Notes: generated by a model not told the origin, from the sequence alone. Counted from the stretch's first letter, positions 46,121 through 62,349 are shown. The stretch: DNA of 64,000 nucleotides from the human T2T-CHM13v2.0 reference genome, Homo sapiens (GCF_009914755.1 NC_060927.1); one strand, 5' to 3'. A program made the numbers and translations.

Positions 46121-46983
46121 TGTGTGGAAAAACACACATAAACTCTTAAGTGGTTTTTCTCTTCTCTCACTCAGTAATAATCAACACAGGAGACTTCTGT
46201 GACCAAATGTGTGGGATTTTCCCCACACACGAAGCAAGCAATCGATTCTGCAGCTGACACAAGCTGAGCGTTCTCTACTTCAACTCCACAAAATCTACGG
46301 GGAAACAGTATCAGACCCCATAGGGCGAGGGCTCAGTCCCACAAGGCTACACCCTCCTTCCCACTTCAAACACTCATCACAAGTCTGGACCTCTGGAACT
46401 TCTGACCCGCCAGAGTCAAGCTGGGTTTCCCATGACTGCCTCTTTGGCTTCAATTAATTTACTAGAGTGGCTTACAGAACTCAGGAAAACACGTTTACCA
46501 TTTTACTATAAAGGACATTACAAAAGACATGGATGGAGAGATGCATAGTGCAAGGTATGGGGGAAGAACTGTGGAGCTTCTGTGTCTTCCCCGGGCACAC
46601 CACCCTCCAGCAACCTGTACATATTCAGCTATCTGGAAGTTCTCTGAACTTCGGGGTTCTGTTATAGGTCCTTTGGGGTTTTTATGGAAGCTTTGTTATG
46701 TAGGCAAGACTGATTATATCACTGGCCATGAGTGATCAACTTAACCTCAGCCCCTCTCCCCTCCCCAGAGGGTGGAGATTGGGACTCAAAGTTTTCAGCC
46801 CTCTAATGTTGCCTTGGTCTTTCAGGTGACAAGCCACCATCCTGAAGCTACCCTAGGGGATGCCAGCCATCAACTCATTAGCATACAAAAAGACAGCACC
46901 TGAAGACAGAGTTTCTGAGGATTTTAGGAGTTGCATGCTAGGAAACAGGGGTGAAGATCAAATACATACTTCACAGTATCATA
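46121..46983 (-). mobile_element. MER21-family ERV solo LTR
   Basis: gacttctgtgaccaaatgtgtggg...gagggctcagtcccacaag...acagaactcagg. Exact 5-bp TSD ccagt (46116, 46984). Confidence 0.88.
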
Positions 46984-47319
46984 CCAGTGGACCTTAAAAA
47001 GAACTGAAAAACAAAACACTTCTACTCAGGCATCTACAACATCTTGACCCAATTTGGTTATGTCTATTTTCCTAGAAAACCATCTACAACATCCAAATTT
47101 TCACACATATTGTAATAAAATCCTACAAAGCATTCTATTACACCTTCACAAAATTTCCCTGGCCCCTATTTATATTGCCTTTTACACCGTGTCCTCTCTC
47201 TTGTTGATCAGACTCACCAAAGCTTGATCTAGGCTATCAGACTTTTCAAGGAACCACCTTTCCATTTGAATGACTACCCTACATTTTTTTTTGAGTTAGT
47301 CATTATGAATGACTAACGA

Positions 47320-47580
47320 ATTTCCCACTTCTCTCTCCTAGGTATACAGTAGAATGGCATTTCCCCGCCTGCTTGGAAAATGACACTAGTGATGAAAATG
47401 ACACTTGCTTTGGCCAATTAAACTTACATGGGCAGAAGCATTAAGCGCCAGTGACAGCTTCATCATCCTACCTTCTCCTCTGCCCCATGACCTTCTAGAT
47501 GGTGAGGCTTCTAATGGCCTGCGTATCAGAGTGAGAACATGAAGCAGAGAATCCAGGAACCTCTTGATTGGACACGTGGT
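47320..47580 (+). mobile_element. MLT1J/K-like LTR fragment
   Basis: tggcatttccccgcc...acttgctttggccaat...gggcagaagcattaagcgccagtg. Confidence 0.65.
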
Positions 47581-49477
47581 TTCCAAGGCTTACAAAAATA
47601 CCCACACTGCATCTGACTCTGAAACTGCTTTCTCAGCAGATTTGTACCTCCCACTGATGAGAGCCACTTGATTTCATATGGGTTTTGCCATGTATGCCGT
47701 TGTTTAACACAAGACAAAGTGTTTGCTTTCCAAATACTGATGTCTAAAAATTTTGAACTTCAGAAACACACGCTTAAGAGCACTTTTGCAGTGAACGTTA
47801 ATGTTTTAATGTTTCACTGACACCAGCTTAAGAAGATTAATGTGGAAGCAATGGTCTGCCACCAATTTCATCTAATTATTCTTACAGTTGGTTGGAAGGA
47901 AAGGGTGATTAATAAGCACCAAGATGACACTACATGTTACTCGTGATAAAGTAACCAACGATACATAAAAAACCTTTTCTTGTGAAGAAAGTGGAGCTAA
48001 TAAATCTTTTATTTTTGGTCCCATTTGGTAAAATGACACATACTGCTCCTTGTTCAAAGACCCATCTGTCAGCAAATATAGGTCAGTCTTACTAGAAATA
48101 AATCTATTGTTTCTTTGAGATACACATTTTTGTAACTAAATGCACATTTTCTATAATACCCTTGGCAACTACTTTGCTCATTCTGAAGCCAATACTCCAG
48201 CTTTTCCTGTACTCATGAGTGAGTGCCACTTGTTGATATAGGTACTTCCTTCAATACAAAAGCTAACTCACCCTGGACGCTAAGAACACAGAATCAGATC
48301 CCAGCCAATCAGGTCCCGGGACCCCCTGCCTGGAGATCCCAGAGTCACTGAAGAATAAAGGCCCCTGCCTGCCCCACTACTCAATCTGCAGAGGGGTATA
48401 AAACTAAGGTACACTCTGATTATCAAACTTCCCCACTAACATTATTACTAGGAGTACTTAGAGAAAAATATTTGATGCACAGAATAAAAAAAGAGATGAA
48501 TAATCCCATAATCAGTCTGGAGGAAACTGTTCCACTTCTATTCTAGACGTTATTAAAAACACTGTTTTCTTTATTGTCTTTGTTGGTTTATAAACTATCC
48601 ATAGATCATGAACTTTGCTCAGAATAAAGTGAGGGCTTTATAAAAATTATGTTACAGAATTATCTTTACTTGCTCTTCCCTCTTACAGGTATATATGCCT
48701 TCTTGCATAGTGCAGCGGAGGGAGACCTTGGAGCACAGTAATTGCTTCTGCTCAAGATGATGACATGGTTCTCTAGGTGAAATAAGAGAGCTACTGCTCT
48801 GGCCTAGAGCATCATTTCCCCAAAAAGAATGCTAAATCCATGCAAAGGACAGTTGAGCAGGTGTAAATGTGAATTAAGCATACTTCTATTAACTTGTATC
48901 AAACTGTGCTATTTCATTTATCTTAGCAGCTTTAATAAGGTTTTTTTCTGGTTCACAATCTTATTAGCTTACGGGGGTAAACTGTGCATTGAAAAACATT
49001 ACATTTGCCTCTTAAAGTCAGAGGAGAGGAATATATGAAAAGAGAAAACATGAGAGTAAACATGTGGGGCTCGATTTCTTCTTGGACATAACTGGAAGAC
49101 TGGTGGAAAGAGACAAGGGCACGCATGTTTCGTTCAAAGACCACAGGTCAGAGTTGGAGGGGAGGGATGATTCTGACTAAAGACTATTTCATCATTAGAT
49201 GCTCCTCTGGGAGAGCCCCTCCAACTTCTCCAAATTTAAGACTGAATCCCAGGGTGAAAGGGCAATACAGGGGATTAGGTAAAATCTTGAAACATATATT
49301 TTTCCAATCCTCAGAGCTCATTGATAAAGCAAGGAGTCTACACTTTTGGTGCCCTGATACATGCAAGGAGAGATGAAAGCAGGTGAAGACCTGCAACAAG
49401 GCCTTTGGGACAGGGTCAGGGGCCCAGTTATAAGCAGAGCTGCCACACGGGCCCGAGCTGGGGCAAGACAGCACTGA

Positions 49478-49690
49478 TAACGTATTGAGAACTTACTATG
49501 TGCCATGTCCTGTACTCCACTTCACCTACATCATCTCATTCAACCCTTACAAAAACATGGAAGGGGCTATCATTCTACTATTTTTATCAGTAAGAATTGA
49601 GGTTAGTGAAGTCAAGTGTAACTTGCCAAACTCTTCATTGGTGAAGCTGGGATTTGGTCTATGGGATGGCAGAAACCTTGCCCCTAATCA
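49478..49690 (-). mobile_element. MIR
   Basis: tattgagaacttactatgtgcca...catcatctcattcaaccctta...aattgaggttagtgaagtcaagtgtaacttgcc. Confidence 0.8.
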
Positions 49691-49990
49691 CCATGAAGCA
49701 TTGCCTAGTGATCAGAGGAGGGCAGAGTGCCAGGGTCACCCAGGCCAGTGAGCACACTCCAGGTTAACCAACACCACCTGTGGACCCACAGTGTTACCTG
49801 GGAGGAACTGAAAGAAGCCCAGAGTAGGCGGGGGTGAAAATCTGAGAAACACTAATCTAGGGCTCTAATGGTGATGCTTATCCTCTCTTTCATTCCACAA
49901 TGTTCCCTGTCCCCTCCCCCCACCACTGGGATCTTCTAGCTTCAAAAGAGCCCTCAATGTTTTTCATTACACTGTAAGATATATAACCCA

Positions 49991-50317
<327 letters not shown>

Positions 50318-51467
50318 TTACAGGAAACGAAAGAATGAGCATATTGCCCAAAATAAAAATACGTACTAGGGCCACTATTAATAGCCACATTATTCAGACA
50401 CTTGTGTTCGCACTGGCTGATGGGGAAAAGAGGAAACGACTCACAGAAGATGGCATCATTGAGAGCCCACAAAAGGCAATCCCACTACACTTTAAGATTA
50501 TGACAAAAATATTTAACTCCTTCATCCATAACCCATAAGCCCAGCTGACCTAATTTATGTGCCTAACACCACAGTGCATGGACATTTAATAAACACTTGA
50601 TGGCTCTAATAAAACACAGCACTTGCCAGTAGAGATCATTAGAATTAAAGCAGCAAAATTCTAGTGTTTGACAACATAGATGAAACAACTTCATTAAAAT
50701 GTACAGTTTCAGCAAATGAAAGGCAGGAGAGCACTGGACCCTGAAGAATCAGCCTTCTCAAAACTAATTGCTTCAGTGCTTAAAGAGGACAGCTTTGAAA
50801 TACCAAGGGCACAGCAAGGAAACACTCGTGAAAAATGACCAGCCTTTCCAAAGCAGTTTCACCGTAGACAGGGCATTCTATTTTACTGTGATATTTGACA
50901 AGGTAAATGCCACTGAAAGACTTCAGATGTCTGGATTAAAAGTTTGGTAAGGATCTAAATAGTCAAGGTAGAAAATACCTTTAACAACTAAAAGTAACAG
51001 TGAACCATGGTCACTCTCTTTTGCCTTTGGTTCAGGCCAGAATTTAACAATGAATTAACAGCTAATTAAAAGACCACAACTAATCATAGGGATGAGAAAC
51101 CACAGAGAGAATAAAGAGCAAAGCACACACACGTGTTGGGCACGCAGCATCTACAATTTCTTAAAAATACATAGCACATCCTATTCAACACACGCTTAAA
51201 CTACATTTCAGAAAACAAATTTACTGTTGCTCTAGAGAATGGTAGTCTACCATGCACTCCATGTACAATGGCGCCAAAGTGCTGCTCCAGGATGTAGTGG
51301 TGCATCCAGTCACTTTCTGTCACAAACATTCTCCTACCTGGCTAGATTCCTAGAGCTCTGAGACCCAAGCTCAGAAAAGTCTTCAGAGTATTCAAGTGAA
51401 ATAAATATGTTTGAGGGGAAGAGGACACATTTCCATATTACTGATGATTTTTCACAAGGCTGTGTCA

Positions 51468-51815
<348 letters not shown>

Positions 51816-51980
51816 TTAGAATCATCGGGACTACTGCCTCCCTATTGTTCCCTCATCTAGTCAGCCACAAAGTACCCTCGAATCTCCCTTGAGCCCCTCT
51901 TGCATCTATCCTCTGCTCTCCATTCCCACTTACCTAACATCAGGCAATTGGCATCCTTAGCAGGGACCACAGTCTCCTAA

Positions 51981-52346
<366 letters not shown>

Positions 52347-53884
52347 CCAGACTCCTCTTTCTAAAGTGGTAGAGACTCTGTCTCCAGCTGTGGGGCTTAA
52401 ATCTGGAAGGCTGTAGGCCAACACAGGAAACACTGGTTCACGTAGGCCCAAGGTCATGGCTACCACAGCCCAGTTTCTGTCCACAGCCCTGGTTGGATTT
52501 AAACCCCTGAAAGGAGGGGAAGCCACAAAAATCATCAGACAGCAGATGCAGGGGTGTTGTTACTCCAGTGCTTTCAATCCGGCATTATGATGTGGGAAAC
52601 ATTCTCATGGCTTTTTGTACCAAATACTGACCCCTAAGGGTGAGAAACAGGGAAGGGAACAAGTTGAATTAAACTGAAAGGGCACAGGCTAATTTAAAAT
52701 TAATTCAATCATTTACCTCATAAATATGTATATGGATTTCCTAGGAAGAAAGACCAGGATTTAGGGGTCCACAGGGGGAATGTTTGGAGTAGGATGAAGG
52801 TGCTGGGGTAACTGCCCCTGGGCATTTGCTCTGTTAGTTGTGCAGCAGGTAAACAGCCCCTCTGCCAACGTGGTCGGGGCTTCTAGGGGTTGAGCAGGCT
52901 CTGACAGGGGCTGAGGAGGCAGAGGGAGAACATTGAAGCATGTTTTTCTCCCCTCGGTAGCCAAAAATGTATGGTGCTCTCACCCCAGGAGTCTGGAGGT
53001 ATAGATTTAAGCCCCTTCTTTTATATGGGGCATCATCATTTGAAGGCTTCCTCCACCTTTCTGATCAAAGACATGAGAGAAGGCAACTTAAAATTATTTT
53101 TAAATTTGACTGACAGATACAGTAGAGGCCCTCTAGCAGTAGCAAATACAAGTTATGATTAGTGATACATTCCAGCTGGCACAGAAGGGAGTATTTGGAT
53201 CATATGGTACCATTTGCCAATCAGTATGCTGAGCTTGTCTTTAGAATTCCAGCCCTCATTCAACACCAATGGCAATGCGCTGCGAATGCCCTTCTGGCAG
53301 GTTAATTGTGTCACTTGGCTTTCCTAGCCCTGCCCTTTCATGTTATTTAGGCTTTAGCAGGAAGCTTCCATCCTCTTGGCTCTCAACGTGGCCCTATGCC
53401 TCGAGGCAGAAGCAGTGGGCCAGAGCCAAAGCTGCTCAGACAGGAGGACCCTGGCAGTGGAGCCAAAGGGAAGCTGCCAGGAGCAGCTCCCTGGGGATGG
53501 ACTGTGCCCCTTTTATGTATCTGCCTGTAGTGTTGAAAGAGAGGCCAATCTGCCACACAACACACTATCTGAGCTAATGACCAGCCCAAAGTAGGGAGGA
53601 CAAATGAAAAAATAGAACACATCCAGACGCACAACTCCTTCAGCCTTCTCCTCACATCCCTGCCACTGTCGAAAAGTAAAAATAGCAATAAAAATAGCAA
53701 TAACAAAGTCCTAGCAAACTAATGTCACTCTTAAAAATTCAGGCCAGATGTTGTTTCCTGAAGCTGGTGTCTGTGGGGAAGGTTGCCTTGGGTTGAATAG
53801 TATTTTCCTCACTTTCCTGTGCCTGCCTGCATCACTGTGGCCACCAAGTGTAGAGAAACTATTGGTTAATCCCATCCCTCACCC

Positions 53885-53985
53885 AATGCTGAGTGCCTTG
53901 AGGGCACGACTGAGACTTTTAATAGTGTCCCCTGTGCCTATGTGCAGTCCCTGGTACACAGTGGTCTCTGAAAAATTAATGAAAA
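53885..53985 (+). mobile_element. L2 3' end
   Basis: tgagtgccttgagggca...cctggtacacagtggtctctgaaaaattaatgaa. Confidence 0.65.
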
Positions 53986-54830
53986 AACAATCCTGCTCTA
54001 AGTTGCTTGGGTAAATACAGCTGCAGAAGGCATAGACGGTGTGAGAGCCTCCTTCTAGAAATCAACTAGTCAGTGACTAGAAACTGCCTTCAGTTAAGCA
54101 ATTGATAAACATTTATTGAGCACCTAAAATTTGCTATGTAATGGTGTGAAGAACTACAAAAGGATAAAAAAGGCCTTTCCCAAAATGCTTTCAGTTTATA
54201 TTCACTTTTGAATAATGTTTGCAAAAACTGATAAATTCAGATTTTTTATTTTAAGTAAAATACACAAAATCTCTCACATGCTAAACACTGGTCAAGCACT
54301 CATGAAGCATTTGCACTGGCATGGAAAACATATACTCCTAAAATTCTGAAACAAATTTTAATGAAACACAACTTTAATGGGATTTTCTGTAAAAGATAAC
54401 TGCTCACAAACATAAAGTGTCCCACCCGAAAGAAAGAAAATATCACAGTGAAAATAAATGGAAAGATTAATTACACACAATTATCACAAGGCAGTTTTCA
54501 ATTAGAGTCGTCTTTTACTGTGGGAGTGTGCAAATTTTTCCTAATGGGAGTTTACCAAGTGTTGGTACTCACAGTTTCAGTTTCTAAGAGGTACTAGTAA
54601 ATCCTGCAGGAAAAATATTTCAGTGGGAATTGACTGGAAGATTATTTAAAGCTAAAATTTTAAAGAATGTAAAAGCACAATGTGGTAGAGCAGAAAAAAA
54701 ACCGGGCCAAGCCCAGTTCTAAGCCTTGGCCTGCCCCAAACCAGCTGGAAAGCCTAAAGCAAAGCAAGAAAATAAGCTACTAGACCTTGGAAGAATCTTA
54801 GAGACTTTTCTAGTTCAATCCTTTAATTTT

Positions 54831-55180
54831 TTAATTTTTAATTTTTGTGAATACATAAGAGGTGTATATATTTATGGAACATATGAGATGTTTTGATACA
54901 GGCATGTAATGCATAATAATCACGTCAGGGGAAATGGGGGTATCCATCACCTCAAGCATGTATCCTTTGTGTCACAAATAATCCAATTATACTTTTATTT
55001 TAAAATGTACAATTATTATTGACTATACTCACCCTGTTGTGTTATCAAATACTAGGTCTTATCCATTCTTCCGCGCCCCCATTAACCATCCCCACCTCCC
55101 CCTCCAACCTCCCACTACCCTTCCCAACCTCTGGTAACCAACCACCCTTCTATTCTCTAGCTCCATGAGTTCAATTGTTT
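54831..55180 (-). mobile_element. L1MA1-3-like 3' end inserted in a MIR remnant
   Basis: Same 3' UTR type as 29108-29555. 17-bp TSD ttcaatc(c/a)tttaatttt at 54814 and 55181. Confidence 0.9.
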
Positions 55181-55336
55181 TTCAATCATTTAATTTTAAA
55201 GACAAAGAAATTGAATCTCTGAGAAAGGAATATAAAGAGGAGGGTCAGGGCTTAAAATTGCATCTTCCTTTCCCATTATCTCATAATTATTTACCTAAAA
55301 ATCACATCAGGGCTTACAGAGTCAAAGGTGTACTTT

Positions 55337-55371
55337 TATACTTGATCTCAGCCAAAAGGCCAAGAAGAGAT
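55337..55371 (-). pseudogene. 3'-truncated U2 snRNA retropseudogene (U2 nt 1-35)
   Basis: The minus strand atctcttcttggccttttggctgagatcaagtata matches U2 atcgcttctcggccttttggctaagatcaagtgta at 31/35, starting exactly at nt 1. Degenerate flanking direct repeat. Confidence 0.9.
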
Positions 55372-56894
55372 TCAAGGATGTAACTTTAAAACAGATAAAT
55401 TTTTTGCCCACACTGGAGTAACACTGTAAACACTGCTCCCTGGAGCTGCACATTTGGTTGCCCTTAACACCTTCTTTGGCAGGTCAGCTCTTACTCCTGA
55501 ACAGCAAGTGATGAATAGGCTATTCTGGAGCAAATGGGAATACCCCAACATAATGCATGCTAACCCTCAGGCCAGAAATACTTTTTGGATCTAATAGAAT
55601 TTTTCAGTTTTTGCAGCAGAAGGCTATCTCTAAAGAGGTGATAGTCATCTTACAGTCAGGGTTGAAATTTTAACCCAAGAGCACCTTTCTCCAATAGAAT
55701 ATTCTAAGGAAGTAACTTAGAACTGCAAGCATGTATGTTTATGATATGTTTAAAAATCAGCAGCAAAAGGCAACCTGGGTCTTTGTCACTCACCCTGGAA
55801 TTTGCTGCACTTGGTATTTTAAGCATGATCATATTTCTGTTCCCAATTTCCATAACCGAAGGCAATCAGCTTACCTTTTCTTAGACTCTACTTAGATAAT
55901 AACCATTATATTTGTTTAGTCACTTTGGAACACTCAATAAGCTCATTTTTGGCCACATAATGACACACGCTATACCATCTTGAAGAATTAATGGTTGCGA
56001 CAGTATAAAATGATTCCAGGAATTTTTCATCTCTCAGATAATCTTTTGTGTCTTTACTGGCATATTTTTATTAACCGAAATTAGAAGAAACTCTAGATAT
56101 AAGCATAAAGTGAGCAGTATTAATGTAGGTGAATAAATTAATAAATGTGGGTCCAAAATGTTGTGCTAAAGAATCACAGGAAGTGTCAATCAAGGAGTCT
56201 TGTGGTGGGAAAAGGTTTGGAAGAAGGGACTAATAAACCCACAGACCCTACACATAAGTATGGTATGTGCTGGACAAGTGGGAATAATAAGGAAATTCTA
56301 GAAGTCAAGAGACTGGCCAACTTGATCAAGGGAGAAAGTGACCATATATTGGCCAGTCTCAATTTCCAAAGTCCAGAAGAGAACTCTTCAGAGCTTAATT
56401 TCTTCAGTCAAGCTAGGTTGAGAGTTTCCCTAAGGGCCTTGAGAAATCAGGCGCAACCCAACCCTCCTCTTCAGTATCTATTCTGGGACAAATACTTATG
56501 GGGTTCTTGGCTATACGCTGAGTGTGTAAGACTCATCTGAGAAGCACTATTTGTCATGTCCACTGTTTCTGCATCGAAGCACCAGCCGTACAAGTCCACA
56601 AGAAGCCCTTTGAACAATGGAATGAGGAAATGGGAAAGAGGGAAAGGGAAGGCTTGGCGTTTTCATATTTTTAACCACTGTATTCCAATAAATGAGCTTC
56701 AGCTTTAAAGGTTTATATGTCGAAATGGCTTGATTAAATTTTCCTCATGAAAATGAAAGAGAAAACCAGAAATCAAAATGAGTGCTAAGAATGAAGGGAC
56801 AGAGGAAAGGTTAAAGTGAGAAAGGATAGGGATAAGGAAGGAAGGAGGAACAGATGGCTTTACCCATGAAGAAAACTGAGTCCAATGAGGCTAA

Positions 56895-57287
<393 letters not shown>

Positions 57288-59507
57288 TGGAACTAGTATT
57301 TTTTGCTAAGAGTGAGTCAAAAGACCTGCTGACCCGCATGTTGGAGAGACGTGCACAGACAGCAGCTCTGTTGCTGCCCTTGTGTTTTCCTGGCATGCCA
57401 TTACCCAAAGACAGGGAGCAGAAAAGCAAGTGCAATCTTTCCCTTTCACTCTAACTCCAGGCACTTCAAGGCATTTCTTGACTCATGGAGCACACGTGTG
57501 AGGACTGCTTTCTTGCTGCCATACTCCCACCTGGCCACCCACTCAAAGTACACAGAGTAACGGTGTCACAGCCTCTTTTGCATGTGAATTTCGATTAGCT
57601 GCTAATGACTAGATGTGCCATCCCCTCAGGCTGACTGGCTGGTACAGAATCCTTCTGCCGCTGTGCATGACAACAGACAAGCGGCTGTCATGAGCTTGTA
57701 TTTATAGGGGTTGAGCACAGAGGGGGTGCTGGTCTTTAGGAGACGTCCCTGAGCTTCAGGAACATCCATACATCATTCTGCACCATTCTGATATCATTAT
57801 TAGCCAATCTTATTAGATAATCTTAGAATCTTATCTCTCAGGGCACAAATAACAAGTTAAACCAATTATTTATTTTTTTTTTTTTTAAAAAACCTGTTTG
57901 GGAGGCATAAGAAATCATCTATATATTGAAATTTGGATAGTTTCATTTCCCCATACTCTGTGGTTCAACACAATGTAGGCTCTACTACATCAGGGCTAGG
58001 GACACCCCCAGAGAGAAAAATGCCAACAGCAACGACTCTGAACCACGGCATCCAAATCACTGTCACCAGATCCATTAAGGACAGAAAAAGAGGTAAAACT
58101 TTAGGCAGATGGAAACATGTTGTGTAAAACCATACGAGTGACAAGCCCTGTCCTTATAGCAACTAGAGCAGCCAGTTGCATCACTGTGCATCAGCTGCCT
58201 CATCCGGGTGCACAGCTGGGAGCCCGACCCAGAAGCAAGCAGCAGGGAAGGGCACTGCAGCCTCCAGATGCACACAAGGATGCCGGGAGAGAAGTGATCT
58301 TCTGAAGACTCAAGCTAACCTCCAAGGCCCTTTTCTGCCCTAACATTCTTTGATGCTAAACCCAATGCTGTATTTTTCCAAATTACTCCCAGGAAAGACC
58401 ACACAGGGAGAATATTTGAATCAGAGGTTAAATAATGTCAAATTTTAACAATTCCTAAGCTTTATGACTACATTCAAACAAAACAGTTCTGCACAATGTC
58501 AGTTTTATTTGTGGATTAAGGCAAAGATCATTCAAATACAAGTTTTAGCACAAGACTGGCATCCCCCATTCACCCTTTCCCAGAATATACACTAATCAAC
58601 CCAAGAACAATATAAAATTGTAACATATAGCAAGAAAAAAAAATCCTCAGAAGCCTATCTTTCTTCACTCCCCCAAGGAATCCTATATAGCAGAATCTAG
58701 CTAAGTTACCATAAAGTCCAACTTCATCACACAAATATTGGCCAGGGTAGGTGGGTGGGGAGGCAGGCAGAGAGTACGTTTACCTTCTCAATCATAGGGT
58801 TTTGCCATATAGAATGGAAAAAACAGAGGACCCATTTGGACACAATGAATGGATTATAGCTAAGCTCCAACATAAAAATAACAAGAGGTTTTAATGAGAA
58901 CTTGTATACATTTAAAACACAAACATATATACACATAGATCTACAATAAACCCTTTACAAAATAATATGTGAACAATTTGTTGGTTTTTCATCATTTTGA
59001 ATAGTCTTCCCTGCTAACATCCTTGTATCACAGAAAATAGACTATTTTGAAAAAAGTTAAAAAAAATAATCTCCACTGCACACAATTGAATGTCATTTCT
59101 TTGACAATCTATATGAACAGCAGGCTAGGCCAGGCCCACCCCAGGTCCTTACACTGGTCCCAAACCTACACCCAGACATGAGCCATTTGGGAGTTTCCCA
59201 TCCAGGGCATGGTAGGTCAGACAAACGCAACAGGCTAAGGAGCAGTGCCATGTGCTAATCAAGGCATACCAGGAGAGAGGCTAGAGTGAGCTGAGAGGTA
59301 TTAGGAAGGAGATGCAAATGATCTGGGCCAGAAGAACCAGCAGACTCGGAGAGGTCATGAACTTGGAGAGGAGCAAAGACTGTGGCTGCACAGATGAGAT
59401 GAGACAAAGGTCTTGCGGTTGAGTGAAATGGGAAGTGACAAAGGCACACTGAGGCTTATTACTGTGAGCACCTGGCTAGAACTTCTGCAATGAACACTTA
59501 ATCTTGG

Positions 59508-59870
59508 TGATAGGATTTAGCTGTGTCCCCACCCAAATCTCATCTTGAATTGTAGTGCCCATAATTCCCACGTGTTTTGGGAGGGACCCAGTGGGAGATA
59601 ATTGAATCATGGGGGTAATTTCCCCATACTGTTCTCATAGTAGTGAATATGTCTCATAAGATCTGAAGGTTTTGTAAGGAGAAACCGCTTTCGTTTGGTC
59701 CTCTGATTCTCCCTTCTCTGCTGTTATGTAAGATGTGTCTTTCGCCTTCTGCCATGATTGTAAGACTTCCCCAGCCATGTGGAACTGTGAGTCCATTAAA
59801 CCTCTTTTTCTTTATAAATTACCCAGTCTTGGGTATGTGTTTATCAGCAACGTGAAAACAGACTAATACA
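59508..59870 (+). mobile_element. THE1 (B/C-like) MaLR solo LTR
   Basis: tgataggatttagctgtgtccccacccaaatctcatcttgaattgtag ... gaaaacagactaataca. TSD cttgg / ctcgg. Confidence 0.93.
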
Positions 59871-61782
59871 CTCGGTTAATAAGTACCTAGGATATTAATT
59901 TCTTTTGAATTCGGGGGATTAAAAACAAACTAGAAATACACTGTCATTATAAATCAGAGATATCACCTATATTATGTCTGCATAGAGCAAGCAGAAGCAG
60001 AGGTACGTCAGCCTCACGGTCAGCCCCATAGAGCCTATGCTGCCAGCTTCCTGGAGCTCTTCAACTCATCTCTGAGGAGGCCTTCATCACCTTGCTTTCT
60101 GCTTTCACACGGCCCTGTCGGCCTCTGGGCATTGATTTCAAACTGAACCAAAATAACTAGGCTCTACCTCTCTGGTTGGAAAGGCCAGCACCCTCTCCCT
60201 AGTTACAATAAACCAGGGGAAATATTTTCTGGAAGTTTTTAAAGTGTGTGGATTCTTAACTACTCCTATTTCTCAAGTGCTACAAAACATAAAAGGTTAG
60301 TACTATTACTGATTCTATTATTGTCTACAAATATGATTTAGTTGTAGATATGCCTGAAGGCAAAGGGATAACTAGATGCATTCTTAAGAACCCTCTGAGC
60401 CTCTGCACTTTAGAAACATTCATCAATAAGTCTTACTTTTGTTTTCAACTTTAGAATCAAACTTCTTTTTTGTGAAAGCTCTTAGGTAATGATATTTATG
60501 GCTTTCAAGAGATGGGGTGGGAGAGGGAATATATGAAATTCTGAATGTGAGACACTGTTATCAAACAGCAGAAATGAAAGAACAGAGTACTATTAGCTAT
60601 TTTTGTTTTTTAATGGAACTCACAGGCTTCTATATGCTCCCCAGAAATGCCTCAGAGCTGCGGTGTGGCAGGAAGCCTAAATGAGGTCTCAGAAAAGATA
60701 ATGGAGCTTTAATGATGGAAATAGTAAGAAAATTAAATCTAATCATGTTCCATTAAACATGCTCTTAGCTCCCATTTTTACTAAATTATTTTATTATGAG
60801 TTTGCCTCTCTCTATTGAAATAACCTTTTACGGCAATTTGATTTGCAAGCATAAATAAGTCTCATTTATTTTCCACTATGAATCTCTGTGGGATTAATAA
60901 GAGATGGATCATCTAAAATTTTACCCATTCTGCTATCAGGAAGTAACCATTCAGAGGGATGAATACTTCGTTTTATATTTATATTTGTAAGGAAAGCATT
61001 ATACTATAATTATAGTCTCACTCAACAGTAACATATTACCTGCCAGGGAGATGATGTTAGGCCAGGAAGCTCCTTCTATACCAGCCTCTCAAAAGGGCAG
61101 CCAGAATCATGCACACCTCAGGTATGGATCTGTCCTATGCTCCCAGTCACCTCACCTCCTCAGGCCATGGCCTCCTCATGCTCATCCTCCACTCCCACTC
61201 TTCGATGGACTTTTACCATGTTTGGAGTGCTTTGTTATAATTGACCAGAACTGCTTGACTATTTGCTTCTAACAGGATGCTCTTGCAAAGCCATCTAGAT
61301 GTGGATCCTAGGGTATGGCATGGTGAATTGTAAACAATCATGCAATCTGTCAAAAGGTACACAAATGTGGGATGGAGCAGAGGAAGACAGAAATGGCTAC
61401 AGCTCTGGTCTCTGCAGAGAACAGAAGCACCTGTCATATATGCAGACAGTGTTTTAAAGATTCTTTCCAAAACCTATTTGCTTCCAAAAAGTGTCATGAT
61501 GAGAAGGCTAGAAGTCTAACTGAAATCACAATTCACTAATTAAGTGGTTCTCTGGGCCAAATCTTGATTGAGTCTATTAGAAACTGGAGGACTTAATGAG
61601 AAAAACCTCTGATTTATAAAGAATGGTATCAGTGGGAGAAGAGATTGGGAGAAGATTATACAAAGACCAGACATGAATCAATCCCTGTCTTCTAACTTTG
61701 TATTAAGATCTAAAGAGAGAAAAATAATATAAAGGATAAATTAATGAAGCAATTCTGAACTATGGATCATAACATTTAGTGA

Positions 61783-62082
<300 letters not shown>

Positions 62083-62349
62083 AAGAAATAACTATTAATA
62101 TGTACATACCAAATAACACAGCAACAACTTTCATAAACAAGAGGTGTGGGAAGAAATTTGCAAAAACACACTAAAAATAGGGTACTTTATTCACTTCCCT
62201 CAATCTAAGACAGATGACGCAGAAAAATTAGTAAAGATAAGATTTGAACAACATACTCAAGATATACATAATGTCAAATTCTAACTCATATAAACAGAAT
62301 AACCAAGAACAATCTTCAAGTACACACAGGGAACTTATTAAAAGTAACA

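Noticed and set aside
59508-59870. THE1 LTR as an active antisense promoter
   Set aside because: THE1 LTRs can act as promoters, but nothing in this sequence distinguishes this copy from silent ones.
61034-61053. atattacctgccagggagat resembling the U1 snRNA 5' end
   Set aside because: Only about 20 nt, needing two gaps and a mismatch, with no TSD. Compatible with chance.
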